Positions 8,390-21,000 of a stretch of DNA of 54,057 nt are shown in pieces. How positions within the stretch are numbered: the stretch's first letter is position 1; the number at the start of each line of letters is the position of its first letter. Position numbers and translations under genes: made by a program. The DNA comes from Vicinamibacterales bacterium (lineage in GTDB: Bacteria; Acidobacteriota; Vicinamibacteria; Vicinamibacterales; Fen-181): assembly GCA_036381995.1 (NCBI GenBank), contig DASVIS010000195.1, positions 1 through 54,057 on the forward strand, read 5' to 3'. The notes under the pieces were generated by a model. That model did no database searches. It saw only the letters and a list, made by a program, of their open reading frames with translations, and had not been told where the DNA came from.

Positions 8390-10069
8390 GTGGCGTCCTA
8401 CCAGTACATCTTCACGATGAAGGGCCTGAGCAAGGTCCATCCCCCGGACAAGACGATTCTGAAGGACATCTGGCTGGCGTTCCTGCCCGGAGCCAAGATA
8501 GGCGTCCTCGGGGCAAACGGCTCTGGCAAGAGCACCTTGCTGCGGATCATGGCAGGCCTCGATCGGGATTTCGGGGGCGAAGCCTTCGCGGCCGAAGGGG
8601 TGTCCATCGGCTACCTCCCGCAGGAGCCGGCGCTCGATCCCGGGAAGAACGTCCTGGCGAACATCGAGGAGGGGGTGGCGGCCACGCGCGCCCTGCTTGC
8701 GGAGTACGAGCGGGTGACGGAACGCCTCGGCGAGGACCTGTCGGCCGATGAGATGGACAGGGTTCTCGACCAGCAGGGGACGTTGCAGGACCGGATCGAC
8801 GCAGCCTCGGCGTGGGACCTGGACTCGCGGGTCGAACTGGCGATGGACGCCCTTCGCGTGCCGCCGGCAGACGCCGACGTGCGGACGCTGTCGGGCGGCG
8901 AACGTCGCCGTGTCGCGCTGTGCCGGCTGCTGCTGCGGTCGCCCGACCTGCTGCTCCTGGACGAGCCGACCAACCACCTGGATGCGGAATCGGTGGCGTG
9001 GCTCGAGCGGTTCCTGCACGACTACCCGGGCACGGTAGTCGCGGTCACCCATGACCGGTATTTTCTCGACAACGTGGCGGGCTGGATCCTCGAGCTCGAC
9101 CGCGGCCAGGGCATTCCGTGGCAGGGGAACTACTCGTCCTGGCTCGAGCAGAAGGAGCAGCGGCTCGAGCACGAGGAGAAGCAGGAGGCCCGGCGGCAGA
9201 GGACGCTGGCGCGCGAACTCGAGTGGATTCGCATGTCGCCTCGCGCACGCCAGGCGAAGGGCAAGGCCCGCCTCAATGCCTACGAGGAGATGCTGTCGCA
9301 GGACTCGACGCAGCGGATCGAGCGCGGTGAGATCTACATCGCCCCGGGGCCGCGTCTCGGAGACGTGGTGGTGGAAGCCGAGGGGCTGAGGAAGGGCTAC
9401 GGCGACAACCTGCTCATCGACGGCCTCACCTTCAAGCTGCCGCGCGGCGGCATCGTTGGCGTGATCGGGCCGAACGGCGCCGGCAAGACGACGCTCTTCC
9501 GGCTGATGACCGGGCAGGAGGAACCGGACGCCGGCACGCTCCGGATCGGTGAAACCGTGAAGATCGGGTGCGTCGATCAGAGCCGAGACGCGCTGGACCC
9601 TGCCAGGACCGTGTGGGAGGAAATCTCGGGAGGGCAGGACGAGATCCTGATCGGCAGGCGAGCGGTGCCGTCGAGGGCCTACGCGTCGTGGTTCAACTTC
9701 AAGGGCCGCGATCAGCAGCGGACCGTCGGAACGCTGTCGGGCGGGGAACGCAACCGCGTGCACCTGGCGCGGCTGCTGCGCGGCGGGTGTAACCTGCTGC
9801 TGCTCGACGAGCCGACGAACGACCTCGATGTCGACACACTCCGATCGCTCGAGGACGCGCTCGTCGATTTCGCCGGCTGCGCGCTCGTCGTCAGCCACGA
9901 CCGCTGGTTCCTCGACCGTATCGCCACGCACATCATGGCATTCGAGGGCGACAGCCAGGTGGAGTGGTTCCAGGGAAACTACCAGGACTACGAGGCAGAT
10001 CGTCGGCGGAGACTCGGGGCCGAGGCGGACCGGCCGCACCGCATCAAGTACCGAAAGCTCGTGCGATAA
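8390..10069 (+). CDS. ettA: energy-dependent translational throttle protein EttA (ABC-F ATPase)
   Basis: Collinear with EttA as I recall it: two ABC cassettes (GANGSGKST, LSGGERRRVALCRLL, LLLDEPTNHLD; GPNGAGKTT, LSGGERNRVHLARLL, LLLDEPTNDLD), the linker GNYSSWLEQKEQRL, and a C-terminal RIKYRKL. GTG 8390 (VASYQYIFTMKG) with GGAG 5 nt upstream matches the EttA N-terminus; ATG 8417 is the alternative. Confidence 0.92.
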   Translation: MASYQYIFTMKGLSKVHPPDKTILKDIWLAFLPGAKIGVLGANGSGKSTLLRIMAGLDRDFGGEAFAAEGVSIGYLPQEPALDPGKNVLANIEEGVAATRALLAEYERVTERLGEDLSADEMDRVLDQQGTLQDRIDAASAWDLDSRVELAMDALRVPPADADVRTLSGGERRRVALCRLLLRSPDLLLLDEPTNHLDAESVAWLERFLHDYPGTVVAVTHDRYFLDNVAGWILELDRGQGIPWQGNYSSWLEQKEQRLEHEEKQEARRQRTLARELEWIRMSPRARQAKGKARLNAYEEMLSQDSTQRIERGEIYIAPGPRLGDVVVEAEGLRKGYGDNLLIDGLTFKLPRGGIVGVIGPNGAGKTTLFRLMTGQEEPDAGTLRIGETVKIGCVDQSRDALDPARTVWEEISGGQDEILIGRRAVPSRAYASWFNFKGRDQQRTVGTLSGGERNRVHLARLLRGGCNLLLLDEPTNDLDVDTLRSLEDALVDFAGCALVVSHDRWFLDRIATHIMAFEGDSQVEWFQGNYQDYEADRRRRLGAEADRPHRIKYRKLVR

Positions 10070-10114
10070 CCGCCGCGTTCTTCGGTGTCGTCACCTTCGC
10101 GTCCATCTCCGCCA

Positions 10115-10546
10115 TCACTGATCACTGTCCTTTGTCACCGGCACGAACCTCAGCGAGGTGCCGTTCGTGCAGTGGCGGACGCCGGTCGGCGCCGGACCGT
10201 CTTCGAAGATGTGGCCCAGGTGACTGCCGCAGCGCCGGCAGTGGATCTCGGTGCGAACCATGCCGTGGCTGCGGTCGACCGTGGTCTCTACCGCATCCGG
10301 AAGCGCATCGTAGAAGCTGGGCCAGCCCGATCCGCTGTCGTACTTGGCCTCGGACGAGAAGAGCGGCGCGCCGCAGCCGGCACAGACGAACTGCCCGTCG
10401 CGATGCTCGGTGTTGAGCGGGTGTGACCACGAGGGCTCCGTGCCGTGCTGGCGGAGCACGCGGTACTGCTCGGGCGTCAGCGACGCCCGCCACTCCTCGT
10501 CGGTCTTTCGACAAGCGTCGGACGCGCCGTGGGGATCGTTCTTCAT
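10115..10546 (-). CDS. msrB: peptide-methionine (R)-S-oxide reductase
   Basis: SelR/MsrB hallmarks: CAGCGAPLF...GWPSF, CRRCGSHLGHIFEDGP (Zn CxxC pairs) and the catalytic RHCTNG. Confidence 0.93.
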   Translation of the reverse strand: MKNDPHGASDACRKTDEEWRASLTPEQYRVLRQHGTEPSWSHPLNTEHRDGQFVCAGCGAPLFSSEAKYDSGSGWPSFYDALPDAVETTVDRSHGMVRTEIHCRRCGSHLGHIFEDGPAPTGVRHCTNGTSLRFVPVTKDSDQ

Positions 10547-10557
10547 CTCGTCGATGC

Positions 10558-10995
10558 CTACCGTGCGCCGCTGATGTACCGCTCGAGCTGGGCGATCACG
10601 AAACCCTGATTTTCGATCAAGGCCCGCCCGATGTCACCGATCGACACCACGCCGACCGGCCGCCCGTTCTCCGTCACCGGAAGGTGACGAACGTGGCGTA
10701 GCGTCATCAATCCCATACATTCGTCGATCGTCATCTCGGACGGGATGCAGAGCACTTCTTCTGTCATGATCGCCGACACCGGCGTCTCTCGCGACGTCTG
10801 TCCGCGGAGAACGACCTTGCGCGCGTAGTCGCGCTCCGAGAGGATGCCGGCCAGGCCTCCCTGCCGGTCGATCACCAGTACCGCGCCGACGTTCCGGTCG
10901 GCCATCAGCGCCAGGGCGTCGAACACCGATGCCTCCGGCGCGATCGAATAGACCTCGCGGCCTTTGACGTTCAGCAAGTCACGAACGGTCCTCAT
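10558..10995 (-). CDS. CBS domain pair protein
   Basis: Two CBS repeats (VFDALALMADRNVGAVLVID..., IDECMGLMTLRHVRHLPVTENGRPVGVVSIGDI). ATG 10995 is preceded by GAGGAGGA. The ORF-track upstream extension to 11121 has no support. Confidence 0.85.
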   Translation of the reverse strand: MRTVRDLLNVKGREVYSIAPEASVFDALALMADRNVGAVLVIDRQGGLAGILSERDYARKVVLRGQTSRETPVSAIMTEEVLCIPSEMTIDECMGLMTLRHVRHLPVTENGRPVGVVSIGDIGRALIENQGFVIAQLERYISGAR

Positions 10996-11152
10996 CGTGC
11001 CGTCCTCCTCTGCAACACCTCTCCGTCGGGCGTGATCCGGTCTGACGCCGGCCGGAGGCCCACCATGATGATCTGTTGGTGAAGACAACAGTGTAGCGGC
11101 TTGCGGGCGCGACGGCAACATGCGGGCTCGGCCGACGCAGGCGCGGTCGAGG

Positions 11153-12583
11153 TCAGGAGCGCGTCGCGTCCTTGTCGCCGGTCCGACCGAGCTGGACGCG
11201 AATCGTCCGCCACTTTCCCTGTCTGAACCGCGCGACGCTGAGCGTGGCGCGGGTGATATGCCCCAGGACGATCGCGGTCCAGATGCCCGCCGGGGTGAGG
11301 CGACCGGTCGCGTCGAGCGCGGTGCACAACCCGAGCGGCACGACGAGCTGCGAGATGATGGAGATGACGAACGGGCTCCGGGTGTCTCCGCTGCCTTGCA
11401 GGGCGCCGGTGTAGGTGAGGGCGACGGTGACGAACAGTCCGGACACGCTGAGGAAACCCAGCAGCTGGCTCCCCAGGCTGACGACGGTCGGATCCGTCAG
11501 GCCGAACAGGCCGAACAGGGCCCGCGGGAAGGCCACGAAGCACACGCCCACCACGGCCGCCAGGCCGATCCCGATTCGGGACGCGAGCACAGGCCCGCGT
11601 TCGCTCCGTGCCGGACGGTTGGCGCCCAGATTCTGGCCCGCCACCGTTGCTGTCGCGCCCATCAGGCCCACGGACGTCCAGGTCACGAGCGAGAACAGCT
11701 CGCCGTAGCCGACGGCGTACGCCGCTTGTGCTGCCGCGCCGTGATCGAGCGATCCGATGAACCTCAGGAGGAAGAGCCCCGCGAGATTCATCGCGATGCC
11801 CTGGAAGCCGGCGGGCAGGCCGAACGAGAACAGCGATCGGATCACCGGCCAGTCGATACGCCTGCTCATCGTCCTCGACCATCGGATCGCCGACCGCCCT
11901 GAGAACAGCCAGAGCAGTCCGACGGTTCCGACGATGGCGTTGGCGGTGACCGTGCCAATCGCGGCCCCCCTGGTCCCGAGCGCGGGGATGGGATAGAGGC
12001 CTCGAATCAGCACGATGTTCAGCGCGATGTTGAGGACGGTGACACCGATGCCGAGCCACAGCGGCGTCCGCACATCACCAGCCGCCCTGAACGCGCCGCC
12101 GAGCATGAAGAAGATCAGCATGCCGACGCTGCAGGTCAGCATGATCCGGAGGAAGGGCAGGGCCTCGTGCTTCACCTCGGGCGCGGCGTTCACGACGTCG
12201 AGCAAGTGCGGCGCGAGCAGATAGCCGGCCGGCGCCAACACCAGGCCCGCCAGCAGCAGCGACGCGAGGAACGCCTGGTACACCACGCGGTTCACGGTGT
12301 CGCCGTCGCCGGCGCCGGCGGCGCGCGCGACGAACACGGCCGTGCCCGTGTACAACGAGGAGATGAAGGTGATGACGACGAGAATGATCTGCCAGCTGAC
12401 GCCGATGGCGGCGTTGGCCTGGTAGCCCACGAAATGGCCGACGAGCGCGTGGTCCACGAAGCCCTGGAGCCCCGCGAACACGTTCTGCAGCATCGTCGGC
12501 CAGGCGAGCTTCCAGATCGCGGGGAGCAGTGGACCGTCTACGATGCTGCGGTCGAAGCGTCCGAAGGGTCTGCCTGAAGGCAT
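11153..12583 (-). CDS. MATE family efflux transporter
   Basis: About 12 TM segments. MATE-like N-terminus (LPAIWKLAWPTMLQNVFAGLQGFVDHALVGH) and a repeated half. Lies 15 nt downstream of meaB. Confidence 0.88.
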   Translation of the reverse strand: MPSGRPFGRFDRSIVDGPLLPAIWKLAWPTMLQNVFAGLQGFVDHALVGHFVGYQANAAIGVSWQIILVVITFISSLYTGTAVFVARAAGAGDGDTVNRVVYQAFLASLLLAGLVLAPAGYLLAPHLLDVVNAAPEVKHEALPFLRIMLTCSVGMLIFFMLGGAFRAAGDVRTPLWLGIGVTVLNIALNIVLIRGLYPIPALGTRGAAIGTVTANAIVGTVGLLWLFSGRSAIRWSRTMSRRIDWPVIRSLFSFGLPAGFQGIAMNLAGLFLLRFIGSLDHGAAAQAAYAVGYGELFSLVTWTSVGLMGATATVAGQNLGANRPARSERGPVLASRIGIGLAAVVGVCFVAFPRALFGLFGLTDPTVVSLGSQLLGFLSVSGLFVTVALTYTGALQGSGDTRSPFVISIISQLVVPLGLCTALDATGRLTPAGIWTAIVLGHITRATLSVARFRQGKWRTIRVQLGRTGDKDATRS

Positions 12584-12598
12584 CGGGGTGGGGCCGGC

Positions 12599-13624
12599 TC
12601 AGCGACGGCGGAAGATGGTGAGCAGGTCCCTGGCCGCGCGGAACGGGCTCAGGCGGCCGCTTCGGACCTCGGCGCGCATCGCGGCCAGCCGGTCGTTGAT
12701 CAGATCGTCACGGCGGATTTCCTGTTCGAGTCCATAGAGCAGCGCCTCGCGCATGCACTCGAGCGCCTGCTCCTCGCGGAGCCTGGCCAACCACCCATTC
12801 GACTCGAGCAGCGTGCGATGCTCCAGGATCGAATTCCAGATTTCGGCGACACCGTCGCGAGTGAGCGCCGAGCAGGTCATCACCCGCGGGTTCCAGCCGT
12901 CGGCGGCGGCGGGAAACAAGTGGAGGGCGGCCTCGTAGTCGTGCCTCGCGCGATCGGCGCGCGTGCGATTGTCGCCGTCGGCCTTGTTGATCGCGATGAG
13001 GTCGGTCATCTCGAGGATGCCGCGCTTCATCCCCTGCAGTTCGTCGCCGGCGCCGGCGAGCATGAGCAGCAGGAAGAAGTCGGTCATCGATCGGACCGTG
13101 GTCTCCGACTGGCCGACGCCAACCGTTTCGACGAGGAGGTTCTGATAGCCGGCGGCTTCGCAGAGGAGCATCGCTTCGCGCGTGCGGCGGGCGACGCCGC
13201 CGAGATGGCCGCGCGACGGGGACGGCCGGATGAACGCCCGGTCGTCGGTGGCCAGACGCTCCATCCGGGTCTTGTCGCCGAGGATGCTCCCGCCCGAGAG
13301 CGGGCTCGACGGGTCGATGGAGAGCACCGCGACCGTCTCGCCCAGCCGGCGCGTGAGATGGATGCCGAGCGCTTCGATGAACGTGCTCTTGCCGACGCCG
13401 GGCACGCCGGTGATCCCGACCCGGAGCGATCGGCCCGTGAAGGGCAAACAGGCTTCGATGACGTCGGACGCGACGTCGGCGTCCGAGGGCAACTCACTCT
13501 CGACGAGCGTGATGGCCCGCGCCAGCACGCTCCGATCCCCGCCGCGGATCCCGGCCACGTACTCGGGGGCCGAGAGCCGCTGGCGCCGTCGGAGCGCGGA
13601 GGAGGCTGGAGCCATCCGCTCCAT
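12599..13624 (-). CDS. meaB: methylmalonyl-CoA mutase-associated GTPase MeaB/ArgK
   Basis: P-loop GVPGVGKSTFIEALG, ETVGVGQSE and NKADG motifs. Starts 1 nt after the mutase large subunit stop. Confidence 0.92.
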   Translation of the reverse strand: MERMAPASSALRRRQRLSAPEYVAGIRGGDRSVLARAITLVESELPSDADVASDVIEACLPFTGRSLRVGITGVPGVGKSTFIEALGIHLTRRLGETVAVLSIDPSSPLSGGSILGDKTRMERLATDDRAFIRPSPSRGHLGGVARRTREAMLLCEAAGYQNLLVETVGVGQSETTVRSMTDFFLLLMLAGAGDELQGMKRGILEMTDLIAINKADGDNRTRADRARHDYEAALHLFPAAADGWNPRVMTCSALTRDGVAEIWNSILEHRTLLESNGWLARLREEQALECMREALLYGLEQEIRRDDLINDRLAAMRAEVRSGRLSPFRAARDLLTIFRRR

Positions 13625-13625
13625 C

Positions 13626-15785
<2,160 letters not shown>

Positions 15786-15850
15786 CCAGCTTGCGATTCG
15801 CGAGCCAGGAGGCTCGCGCTACAAGGACCCAGGAGGCTCGCCCCTCGTCC

Positions 15851-17179
15851 CTATTTCATGCCCAGCCGCGTCTGCCAGGCGGCCAACGTGTCCACGGCAT
15901 TCGACGAAACGTGCACGAAGTCGGCCACGCCCACGGCCTTCAGGGCGTCGATCTGATCCTCGGGATGGCCCGCCACGAGGACGGGGACCTTGACCCGTGG
16001 CACGACCGACCGGGCGAGGTCGAGGTACTCCGTGTCAGCGCTGCACAGGACAACGAGGTCGGCGTCGGTGAGCGTCTCGGACCGGACGATCTCGAAGCCG
16101 GCGCAGCCGAAGAAGTCGAGGCAGAACGCGGCGCGGGCCTTGCGCATCTTCAGGTCGCCGCGTTCGAGCAGCAGCACCCGCGGCGTGCACCCCGTGGCTG
16201 CGGCGTGGCGCTCGGTTCGAAGCCGGATGGCCTCGAACGGCTCCGCGAGGCGCCAGCCGGCTCCCATGCGCCCGGCCGCCTGGAGTTCGCGCTCCTTCGC
16301 GTTCGGATAGTGGTTGGTGCCGACCAGGACGCGCCGTCGCGCCGCGACCGCCTTCTCCTTGGCGGCGCGGGCGCGGGCCAAGGCGCCGTCGAGCGATCCC
16401 GACGCCTGCCAGGCCGCCCAACCGCCGGCACCCTCGATCGTCTGAAACAGCGTCCACGCCCCGGCCGAGACGGCGTCGGTCAGCGCCTCGATGTAGTACG
16501 AGCCCGCGCCGGGGTCCAGGACCTTGTCGAGATGGCTCTCCTCGCGAAGGACATGATGCACGTTCTCGGCGAGGTGCGCGTCGAACCCGCACGGCACGAT
16601 GGTGAGCGAGTCGCAGCCGCCGAGCACGGCCGACAGGGCCTCGGTCGTCACTCGCAGCATGTTGACCGAAGGATCGTAGAGCGTCTTGTTCTCGCCGGCC
16701 GTGCGCGCGTGAATGCGCACGGCACCCTTCGCGCCGAAAGCGGACGCCACGACGTCCCACAGCCGCCGGGCGGATCTGAGCTTGGCGATCTCCATGAAGT
16801 GATTGGAGCCGATCGCGAAGCCCAGGGTCGTGACGGCCAGGCCCGCGGCCAGCAGGTCTGCGCCCTGCGCCAGCGCGTACGCGACTTCCTCGATCGCGGT
16901 GGCGCCGCGTTCGTGGGCGTCGATCGCGCTGACGCTCAGCGCCGGCTCATGGCCGGGGAGCACCATCTCCCAGGCGCCCGCCGCGTTCGACAGTGGCCCG
17001 CGCGGGGCAACGTGTTCGGACCGGTAGTAGGGACGGATCGCGATCCCTTCCTCGGTCTTCCAGACCAGTCGCCTGTCGTAGTCGGCGCCTTCGAGGTCGC
17101 GCCGGATCTGGTCTTCCCACGCGGACGTGGGGACCGGCGGGAACCGCTCGAGCAGCCTGAGGCCATTTTCAATCTTCAT
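15851..17179 (-). CDS. mutA: methylmalonyl-CoA mutase small (beta) subunit
   Basis: MutA-like N-terminus (PPVPTSAWEDQIRRDLEGADYDRRLVWKTEEGIAIRPYY) and mutase TIM-barrel similarity. The C-terminal Rossmann-like domain lacks the DxHxxG B12 motif, as expected for beta subunits. Shorter (442 aa) than many MutA proteins. Confidence 0.8.
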   Translation of the reverse strand: MKIENGLRLLERFPPVPTSAWEDQIRRDLEGADYDRRLVWKTEEGIAIRPYYRSEHVAPRGPLSNAAGAWEMVLPGHEPALSVSAIDAHERGATAIEEVAYALAQGADLLAAGLAVTTLGFAIGSNHFMEIAKLRSARRLWDVVASAFGAKGAVRIHARTAGENKTLYDPSVNMLRVTTEALSAVLGGCDSLTIVPCGFDAHLAENVHHVLREESHLDKVLDPGAGSYYIEALTDAVSAGAWTLFQTIEGAGGWAAWQASGSLDGALARARAAKEKAVAARRRVLVGTNHYPNAKERELQAAGRMGAGWRLAEPFEAIRLRTERHAAATGCTPRVLLLERGDLKMRKARAAFCLDFFGCAGFEIVRSETLTDADLVVLCSADTEYLDLARSVVPRVKVPVLVAGHPEDQIDALKAVGVADFVHVSSNAVDTLAAWQTRLGMK

Positions 17180-17622
17180 GCCTGGACCACTTCGATGAGG
17201 AAACCGAACGGCGCGTCGTCGCGTGACTTCGGGTGTACGAAGAACACCGTCGTGCCACGGGAGCCCCGGCGCGGCGCCTTGTCGATGATGTTGAAGCCCT
17301 TTGTCTTCATGTCATCGAAAGCCGCCCGGATGTCCGTGACGCGGAAGGCGACATGTGCGAATCCGCCGCGGCCGCCGTTCCTGTCGATGAGCTTCTGCAC
17401 GGGCGAGTCGGCCTGGAGCGGTTCCAGCAGTTGTAACAGATTCGGGCCACTGCCGATCCGCAGGAGCACTTCGCGGACGTGATCGACACCGCCGACATCC
17501 TCGCGGTGAACCTCGGTGAAGCCGAGCAGCTTGTAAGCGTTGAGCTGGGGCTCGAGGTCGCCCGTGCGCACCGCGAGGGCGACGTGGTCGATGCAGGTGA
17601 ACCCGACGACATTCTCCATCAT
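17176..17622 (-). CDS. mce: methylmalonyl-CoA epimerase (VOC/glyoxalase fold)
   Basis: IDHVALAV...GGVDHVREVLL...GGFAHVAFRVTDI...FFVHPKS pattern. The stop overlaps the mutA start (ATGA at 17176-17179). Confidence 0.88.
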   Translation of the reverse strand: MMENVVGFTCIDHVALAVRTGDLEPQLNAYKLLGFTEVHREDVGGVDHVREVLLRIGSGPNLLQLLEPLQADSPVQKLIDRNGGRGGFAHVAFRVTDIRAAFDDMKTKGFNIIDKAPRRGSRGTTVFFVHPKSRDDAPFGFLIEVVQA

Positions 17623-17866
17623 AGGAATCTACTCCTGAGCCGTGCCGCACGCCAAGATGGTGGCACGGCGCCGTCGGTCACCGAGGTCTCCTCGGCGCTC
17701 TCGGAGCGACCCGCTCATCCGGGACCGCCGACCGGCACCCTGGCGTGTGCGACGACCGCCGATGGGCACGTACTGGTATATCCTCTCGTGAATGCCGACG
17801 TATTCCTTTTTCATCCCTCGACACAGGTGAATATCGAGAACGAAAGTGCGAATGTGAGAATTTGGC

Positions 17867-17898
17867 TTGACAGGAAATTAAAATTGGTCTTTTCTAAT
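17867..17898 (+). promoter_or_regulatory. putative sigma70-type promoter for the TonB-dependent receptor gene
   Basis: Perfect TTGACA at 17867-17872 inside a locally AT-rich island. The best -10 candidate, TCTAAT (17893-17898), needs a long 20-nt spacer, so the assignment is weak. Confidence 0.3.
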
Positions 17899-17916
17899 GG
17901 TCATCCGGTTCGTTAG

Positions 17917-17927
17917 TGGTCAGACCA
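17917..17927. promoter_or_regulatory. candidate GntR/FadR-type operator (TGGTC-A-GACCA)
   Basis: Perfect 5+1+5 palindrome, flanked by further GGTC/GGTTC half-site-like repeats at roughly 17886-17935 (attGGTC..aaTGGTC..cGGTTC..gTGGTCaGACCAgttGGTTC). Located just downstream of the TTGACA element. Confidence 0.3.
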
Positions 17928-18046
17928 GTTGGTTCTTTTTCTCCGGTCCATCACGGGCATTTCTGGATGCTGCGGTCCAGCAGGAGCGCACGCCATCGAG
18001 GCCGCGAGGCCATGCGATGTGTGCGGTTCGAAGGAGAAGAGGCGCA

Positions 18047-21000
18047 ATGAAGAAGCTACTCGTTATTCTCGGCCTCGTCATATGCCTGGTGCCCGTGGCG
18101 ACGCCGGCCCGTGCCCAGGACTATCGGGCCCGGGTCCAGGGAGTGATCGTCGACAGCACCCAGGCCATTCTGCCTGGCGTCACCGTGACGCTGAAGAACG
18201 ACGCGACCGGGGTCGCCGTCGTTCGACAGACGAACGCCGAAGGGCGTTACATCTTCGACTTCGTCGAACCCGGCACCTACACGGTGACCGCGGAACTCGA
18301 TGGGTTCAAGAGGGCCGAGGAGAAAGGCATCCGCGTCCAGCAGCGCGGTGACGTCAACGCCAGGCTGGTCCTGCAGATCGGCGGTGTGTCCGAGACCGTG
18401 ATCGTCCAGGCCGAGGCCACCCAGGTCCAGCTGAACTCGAGCAACTCGCAGCTCACGCTCGAACGCCAACTGATCGACCAGGTCCCGCTGAGCGGGCGCA
18501 ACCCGTACAACCTCGCGATGCTCGACGCCACGCTGAATCCGGGCGTCGGGAGTACCGCCAACGAGAACCGGCCGTACCACCACGCGTTCGCGAACGACTA
18601 CGACGCGGGCGGCGGCACGCGGCGCGCGAACGACGTGCTGCTCGACGGCGTGCCGCTGGCGTCCAGTTACAAGACGTCGTACACGCCCTCGATGGACGCG
18701 GTCGAGGAAATCACGATCTCCAAGGCCAGCGCGGATGCCGAGAACGGCAACAGCCTGGGCGGGATTATCTCGCTCAACATGAAGTCCGGGACGAACAGCC
18801 TCAAGGGCTCGGCCTACTACTTCACGCGCGATCCCGGCCTGGACGCGATCGCCGACCCGACGTTGGTGGTCCCGTCCGGCGCGGACTTATCGAAGTTGAA
18901 GGGCACGAAACTGAAGATGGTCGGCGGCACGCTGGGCATGCCAATCAAGAAGAACAAGCTGTTCAGCTTCACGTCCGTCGAGTACTGGAACGACTACCGG
19001 CCGCTGTCGATCGTCCGGACGGTCCCGACCACCCTCGAGCGCGCCGGGGACTTCAGCCAGTCGTTCCTCAACGGCAAGTTGCGCACGATCTACGACCCCT
19101 GGACGTCGACGCTCAACTCGTCCAGCAAGGTGGTCCGCAAGGCCTTCACGGGCAACACCATCCCGTCCAACCGCATCGACCCGGTTGCCCTGAAGATCCT
19201 GCAGCAGATGCCGCAGCCGAACGTCGCGGGCAATGTCGACAACCTCCAGTACAGCGTCTACGAGCACACGAAATACTGGAACCTGTCCGAGCGCCTGGAC
19301 TGGAACATCACGGACAACTGGAAGGTCTTCGTCCGTTACGGCCAGTTCAAGGCGAACCTGTACCAGGAGAGTCCGACCCAGGGGAACTACTTCCCGCTGG
19401 CCGGCAGCAACCGCTACGGCATGAGCACGGCGGCCGACTCGGTCTGGGTCATGTCGGCCAAGTCCACCTTGAACGTGCGGGGCAGCTTCTACAACATGAC
19501 GGATGACATGTACAACCCGTCGATGCTGCTCGGCGCCGACGGCCTGTCGAATTACTGGTCGAACCCGTGGTATTCGTCGCTCTACAGCAGTGGCTACATC
19601 TACTATCCGGCGCTCGACGTCACCACCGGCACCGGCACCAACACCAACAACCGGCTGGGCCGCCAGGGGCGCGAGTGGTACCAGCACCCCAAGGCGTGGA
19701 CGCTGTCGGCCCGCATGAACCGATACGAGGGCAAGCACAGCATGAAGTGGGGGGCCGAGGTCCGCTCCAACTACGGCCAGGCCGCACGCTTCGAGCCGAT
19801 CAACCTCGTGTTCAACTCGACACTCACCGCCAACAGCTCCGACTCGCCGGACATCGTGAACTCCGGGAACCAGTGGGCCACCTTCATGCTGGGTGCCCTC
19901 GACAACCAGACCTCGGCGCGTCTCGTGCCGCTGCAGACCCCCGACTCGCGCGGCTTCGGCGCGTACATCCAGGACGACTTCCGCGTCAACGACCGCCTCA
20001 CGCTCAATATGGGCCTGCGCTGGGAGTACGAGCCGGGGGCGACCGATCCCGAGAACCGCATCTCGACCCGCTTCGACCTCACGTCCCCGATCCCGGAGAT
20101 GCAGGCGACGCCGCCGACGATGAACGCCTCGGCCCTGGCGCTCATGGCGAGCAAGGGCTACAGCTACATCTACAACGGAGCGTGGGTCTTCGCCACGTCG
20201 GACTCGCCGAACGTGTGGCACACCACGCCGTGGAACTTCCTGCCCCGCTTCGGCGCCGTCTACAACCTCGGTGGCGATCAGGTCGTGCGCTTCGCCTACG
20301 GCCGCTACCTGCGCCCGAGCAGCAGCGTCCGCGACACTCTCGGTGATTTCGTCAACCAGTACACCGGCTACGCACAGACCACGACCACGCTGGGCCTGGC
20401 CAACGGCGTGCCTCAGCAGACGCTGGCGGACCCGTACCCGGCGAACAACCCGATCATCGAACCCTACGGCCAGGCGTACGGCCGCTACACCGGCCTCGGC
20501 GGCGCGATCAGCCTCGACCAGTACGAACAGCGCCCCCAGATCAACGACCGGTTCAACCTGTCGTTCCAGCGCAAGCTCTGGCTCGGCATGATCACCGACA
20601 TCAGCTACTTCTTCAACTACGGCACACGGGTGCCCTACGACATCAACCTCAACCAGATGGACCCCGCGTTCAAGTACGAACAGAAGACCGCGATCAACGC
20701 GCAGGTCACGAACCCGTTCTATCTCTACCTGACGGCGGCCAAGTTCCCGGGGGCCCTGCGGAACAACAAGACCGTGGCGCTGTCGTCCCTCCTCCTGCCA
20801 TACCCGCAGTACGGGACGATTACGCAGACCAACACCAACGGCAAGCTGGCCATCGCGCACACGTTCGAAGCCCGGGTCCAGCGGCCCTTCACCAAGGGGC
20901 TGAGCTTCGTCGTCTCCTACGCCTACAACAACGAGAAGATCCAGCAGTGGTTCGATGACCTCGCGCAGTACAAGGTCCTGACCTCCGGCGGCAAGGATGG

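Noticed and set aside
17639-17695. Leader of the mce operon. It has an 8-bp stem GCCGTGCC (17639-17646) / GGCACGGC (17662-17669) and a hairpin CCGAGG-TCT-CCTCGG (17681-17695), whose reverse complement GAGGAGACCTCGG loosely resembles a B12-box.
   Set aside because: Only a partial match to the B12-box consensus as I recall it. The other conserved cobalamin-riboswitch elements were not seen. B12 riboswitches normally control B12 uptake, synthesis or B12-independent isozymes, not the B12-dependent mutase. Best treated as unexplained leader hairpins; an Rfam/Infernal scan would settle it.
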